DNA of 62,118 nt, the filler included, from Choristocarpus tenellus KU-1152 (Eukaryota > Protista > Phaeophyceae): assembly GCA_964200185.2 (NCBI GenBank). It is 11 parts of 11 records of this genome, joined end to end, with 100 filler letters (N's around TTAATTAATTAA, not from the genome) between each part and the next. Parts side by side here need not be neighbours in the genome. Positions count along the whole stretch, not along the records: positions 59,416 to 62,118 come from CAXNAD020025493.1; 10 more parts are not named here. One strand, 5' to 3'. The translations under genes were made by a program, and so were the position numbers. This document shows positions 59,416-62,118 of the stretch, one piece after another. The notes under the pieces are model-generated. The model was not told the origin of the DNA, did no database searches, and worked only from the letters and a program-made list of their open reading frames with translations. Every line of letters begins with the position of its first letter. Within the stretch, counting starts at the first letter, position 1.

Positions 59416-62118
59416 CACTGTCAGCATGAGGGGTGTGATAAGTGTGCCCAGGGCAACACACGTCTCTGCATTGCACATGGGGGTGGGCGGAGGTGCACCT
59501 TTCCTGGCTGTTCGAAGGTGTGGATCGGTGGTGGATGGGGTAGGGGTCTACTTGGTGTTCAACAGCCTTCGATGAAGAACACCTGTTGACTTTGCATAGT
59601 GACTGGTAGCTTTGTTGCATACACCCTGCCCTGGGAGGGTCAATCAAGGCCCCTTTTGTAGGTTTTGTCTAAATTGGGTGTGCCTGGTATTGCGCATGAA
59701 TTGATGACATGATCTTATTTATTTGCTGGTCTGCTGTGTACTTGCCTCTAAACTGACTTTTTGTAATTTTTTTTCCTTTCCTGTTCCTTTGATAGGGTGC
59801 CCGTGACAAGTTTTTCTGTGCTGCACATGGTGGTGGCAAGCGTTGTGCTACAGAAGGGTGTGGGAAGGCTGCAGTAGGAGGATCTAACCACTGCACTGGT
59901 CATGGTGGAGGGAGGCGTTGCCAGGTGAAGAAGAAATGGAATAGGGCATTTCCATGAAGTCTGCTGCAAGGCACTATTGAAATTAGCTAGTTACGTCCTT
60001 TTATATTCTGTTTTTTTCCCAGTGACAAGAATAGAAGAGGACATTTAGGAATTTTCCTTGGCTGATGGTGTTTTCCCATGGAAAAAAAAGGTGTGTTGGA
60101 GTGATGCTGAACTAATAGAGGCAGTTTGTTTGGTAACTTGTGTTTGCTGTGTTAAGCTGCTGCAGTGCTATGCTGCTGCAGGATGATTTGAACCATCTGA
60201 CAGATGAATGTGGTTGGAAAAGAGTTTCTGATCACCAGGATGTTATTTTTGTGTAGTAGGTGCTAATTTGGTGCTGTCTATCATCAAATCACCAGACTGT
60301 GGTGCACTGGTGTTACATCCGTTGATTCGATTGATTCCTCTTGTGTTTCAGCCCTCCTCCTCCCCCCTCCCCCCTTGCACTAGATGTTGCATAGTTGTGA
60401 CACACTCCTTCAATTTTTTTGTTTGTAACTCTATGTTAATATGTTACTATGTTACTACCGTTTGGGTTATATGGGGTGTGGGATTTTTAGGCCCGAGGGT
60501 GCACGAAGAGTGCTCAGTCCAAAACAGATTTCTGTGTCCGTCATGGTGGGGGGCGCAAGTGCTCTGTGGAAGGGTGCAAGAAGGTGGCTCGAGGTCGCAC
60601 ACAGTACTGTGCTGGTCATGGAGGGGGCATACGTTGTAGGAGGGATGGCTGCAACAAGGCTGCTGTGGGAAGGTTAGTGATATTTGTGGGGGGTGGGGGG
60701 TGGGGGGTGGGGGGACGGATGTTGTAGAGTTGAATGAAAAAAAGGCAATATTTGATCGATTGTATATTTTCTCAGATACCAACACGTCAGGTTTATGTTT
60801 TTTTCCCTGGCTAAAAGTAGTGGGACTGTTGCTGCAGTTGTTTCTCCTTTGTACATTTATATTGCTTAGCCTTGTGAACTTGATGGGTATGTTTGACAAG
60901 GAATTAAATTATATTTTAGAGTGAATATTTAATTATTGGCATGATGTTGTTCTTGCAATGGATAAATTAGTAGCTCTATTTTTTATTTTGTACTTGGTTC
61001 TATTATTGCTTGTACTCTACAAATATCCGATACTGGTCTTGATAAAACTTGGTTAGCTTTTTGAGAGTTTTTTTATCCGTACACAACAGTGTGTACTAGG
61101 TTTCATATTTTGTTTAAGAAATAAAATTAGGAAATACCAAGCTTGATTCATTAAATATTGTGTGATGGTTTTTTTTATCATTAATTTAAATTTGTCTTAC
61201 TTAATTCTTGTTCCGATTTAGCTGCCAATTGTTCTACCTTCTAGCAATTCTTTTGTATAAATTCAAGCATGTCTAACTCTGGGGCAGATTTTGATGAAAT
61301 AGATTGCTATGATGGTATTTTTTTTTCTCTGACTGGCGTGGCTCTTTTGAAAACTCCTCACTTACGTTTGGATCACAGACTCCTACCTCTTCATCTTGGT
61401 ACTGAGCCCTCCTCTTGTGTCCTGAATTTTGCCCTGGATAATATCTTCCAGGCTTCAGATGTGCCGGGCGCACCAAGACCAATTGACCAAGGAGGAGGAG
61501 GCGGAGCTCTTGGACTTGGTCAGTCTTTTCATACTGTCTTTTTGAGTATGTTTAGTGTATGTATGTGCGCCTTTCCCCCCCATAATCCACACCTCTAGGA
61601 TGTAGTTCACTGTGGTCCAGTATGGTTTGGGACGGTTTAGGGGTACACTAGTGCATTCTTGCTTCCTTTAAATTTTATTGGAAGTCCTACTGTTGTACAT
61701 CTGCCAGTTTCTCTTCATTCTTCATGTTCTGTCAAACAGTGCTACATGCTGTCACTAGGTTACAATTGCCCTCTCCCTCCCCTCCCTCACCCCTTCTCTC
61801 TCCTATCTAGACTTCTAAACAGCCCAGACCTCCACCTGCTTTAATGCGAGGACGGGCAGGGACACTTCGCCAAGTTTCAAACAGCAGTACTGGGAGTAGG
61901 GTGTCAGTTAGTATACAACCCCAGCAGCGGCAATCTGGTGTCAACATCGGTTCATCAGAGGTGGGGAATGTGCCTACTGTAGAATCCTGGACCTTGCTAG
62001 GATCTCGGGGCTTTGGAAACACCTCAGCCTCTGCTGGGGTCAGTGGTGGTGGGGTGACAGGAGGTACTGGTCTAAAGCGCCTTTGGGAGGCGGTGGGGAT
62101 GAGCTTTGATGAGGTTGG
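59416..62118 (+). CDS. WRKY19-like CxxxGCxK..CxxHGGG zinc-finger repeat protein, partial (exons 59416-59517, 59796-59924, 60491-60672, 61452-61518, 61811-62118)
   Basis: CQHEGCDKCAQGNTRLCIAHGGGRRCTFPGCSK|GARDKFFCAAHGGGKRC..|..CVRHGGGRKC..CAGHGGGIRC; all GT-AG junctions in phase. Confidence 0.9.

Overview
Eukaryotic, intron-rich DNA from a fragmented draft assembly: 11 short contigs joined by artificial 100-bp linkers (44 N + TTAATTAATTAA + 44 N), so adjacency across linkers has no meaning. TTAGGG repeats, FNIP-like repeats, a signal peptide followed by Phe, CxxHGGG zinc fingers and CCDC53-like repeats point to a stramenopile alga, probably a brown alga or close relative (inference). Partial host genes: cytosolic PheRS beta, an RRP6-like exonuclease, a PHD-finger protein with CCDC53-like repeats, a Rab GTPase head-to-head with a probably plastid-targeted metallophosphoesterase, and a WRKY19-like zinc-finger repeat protein. 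The rest is mostly transposon debris: decayed Ty1/copia elements, a chromodomain Ty3/gypsy element, and hAT, Tc1/mariner and LINE fragments. There are also about 18 copies of two related MITE families with 4-bp target-site duplications (Sola-like). The most unusual locus is the contig at 51359-54272. It has a spliced ParB/Srx-like gene and a Sola-like transposase N-terminus arranged divergently around three ~270-bp AT-rich repeats that carry long palindromes. All assignments come from motif recognition by eye; no searches were run.
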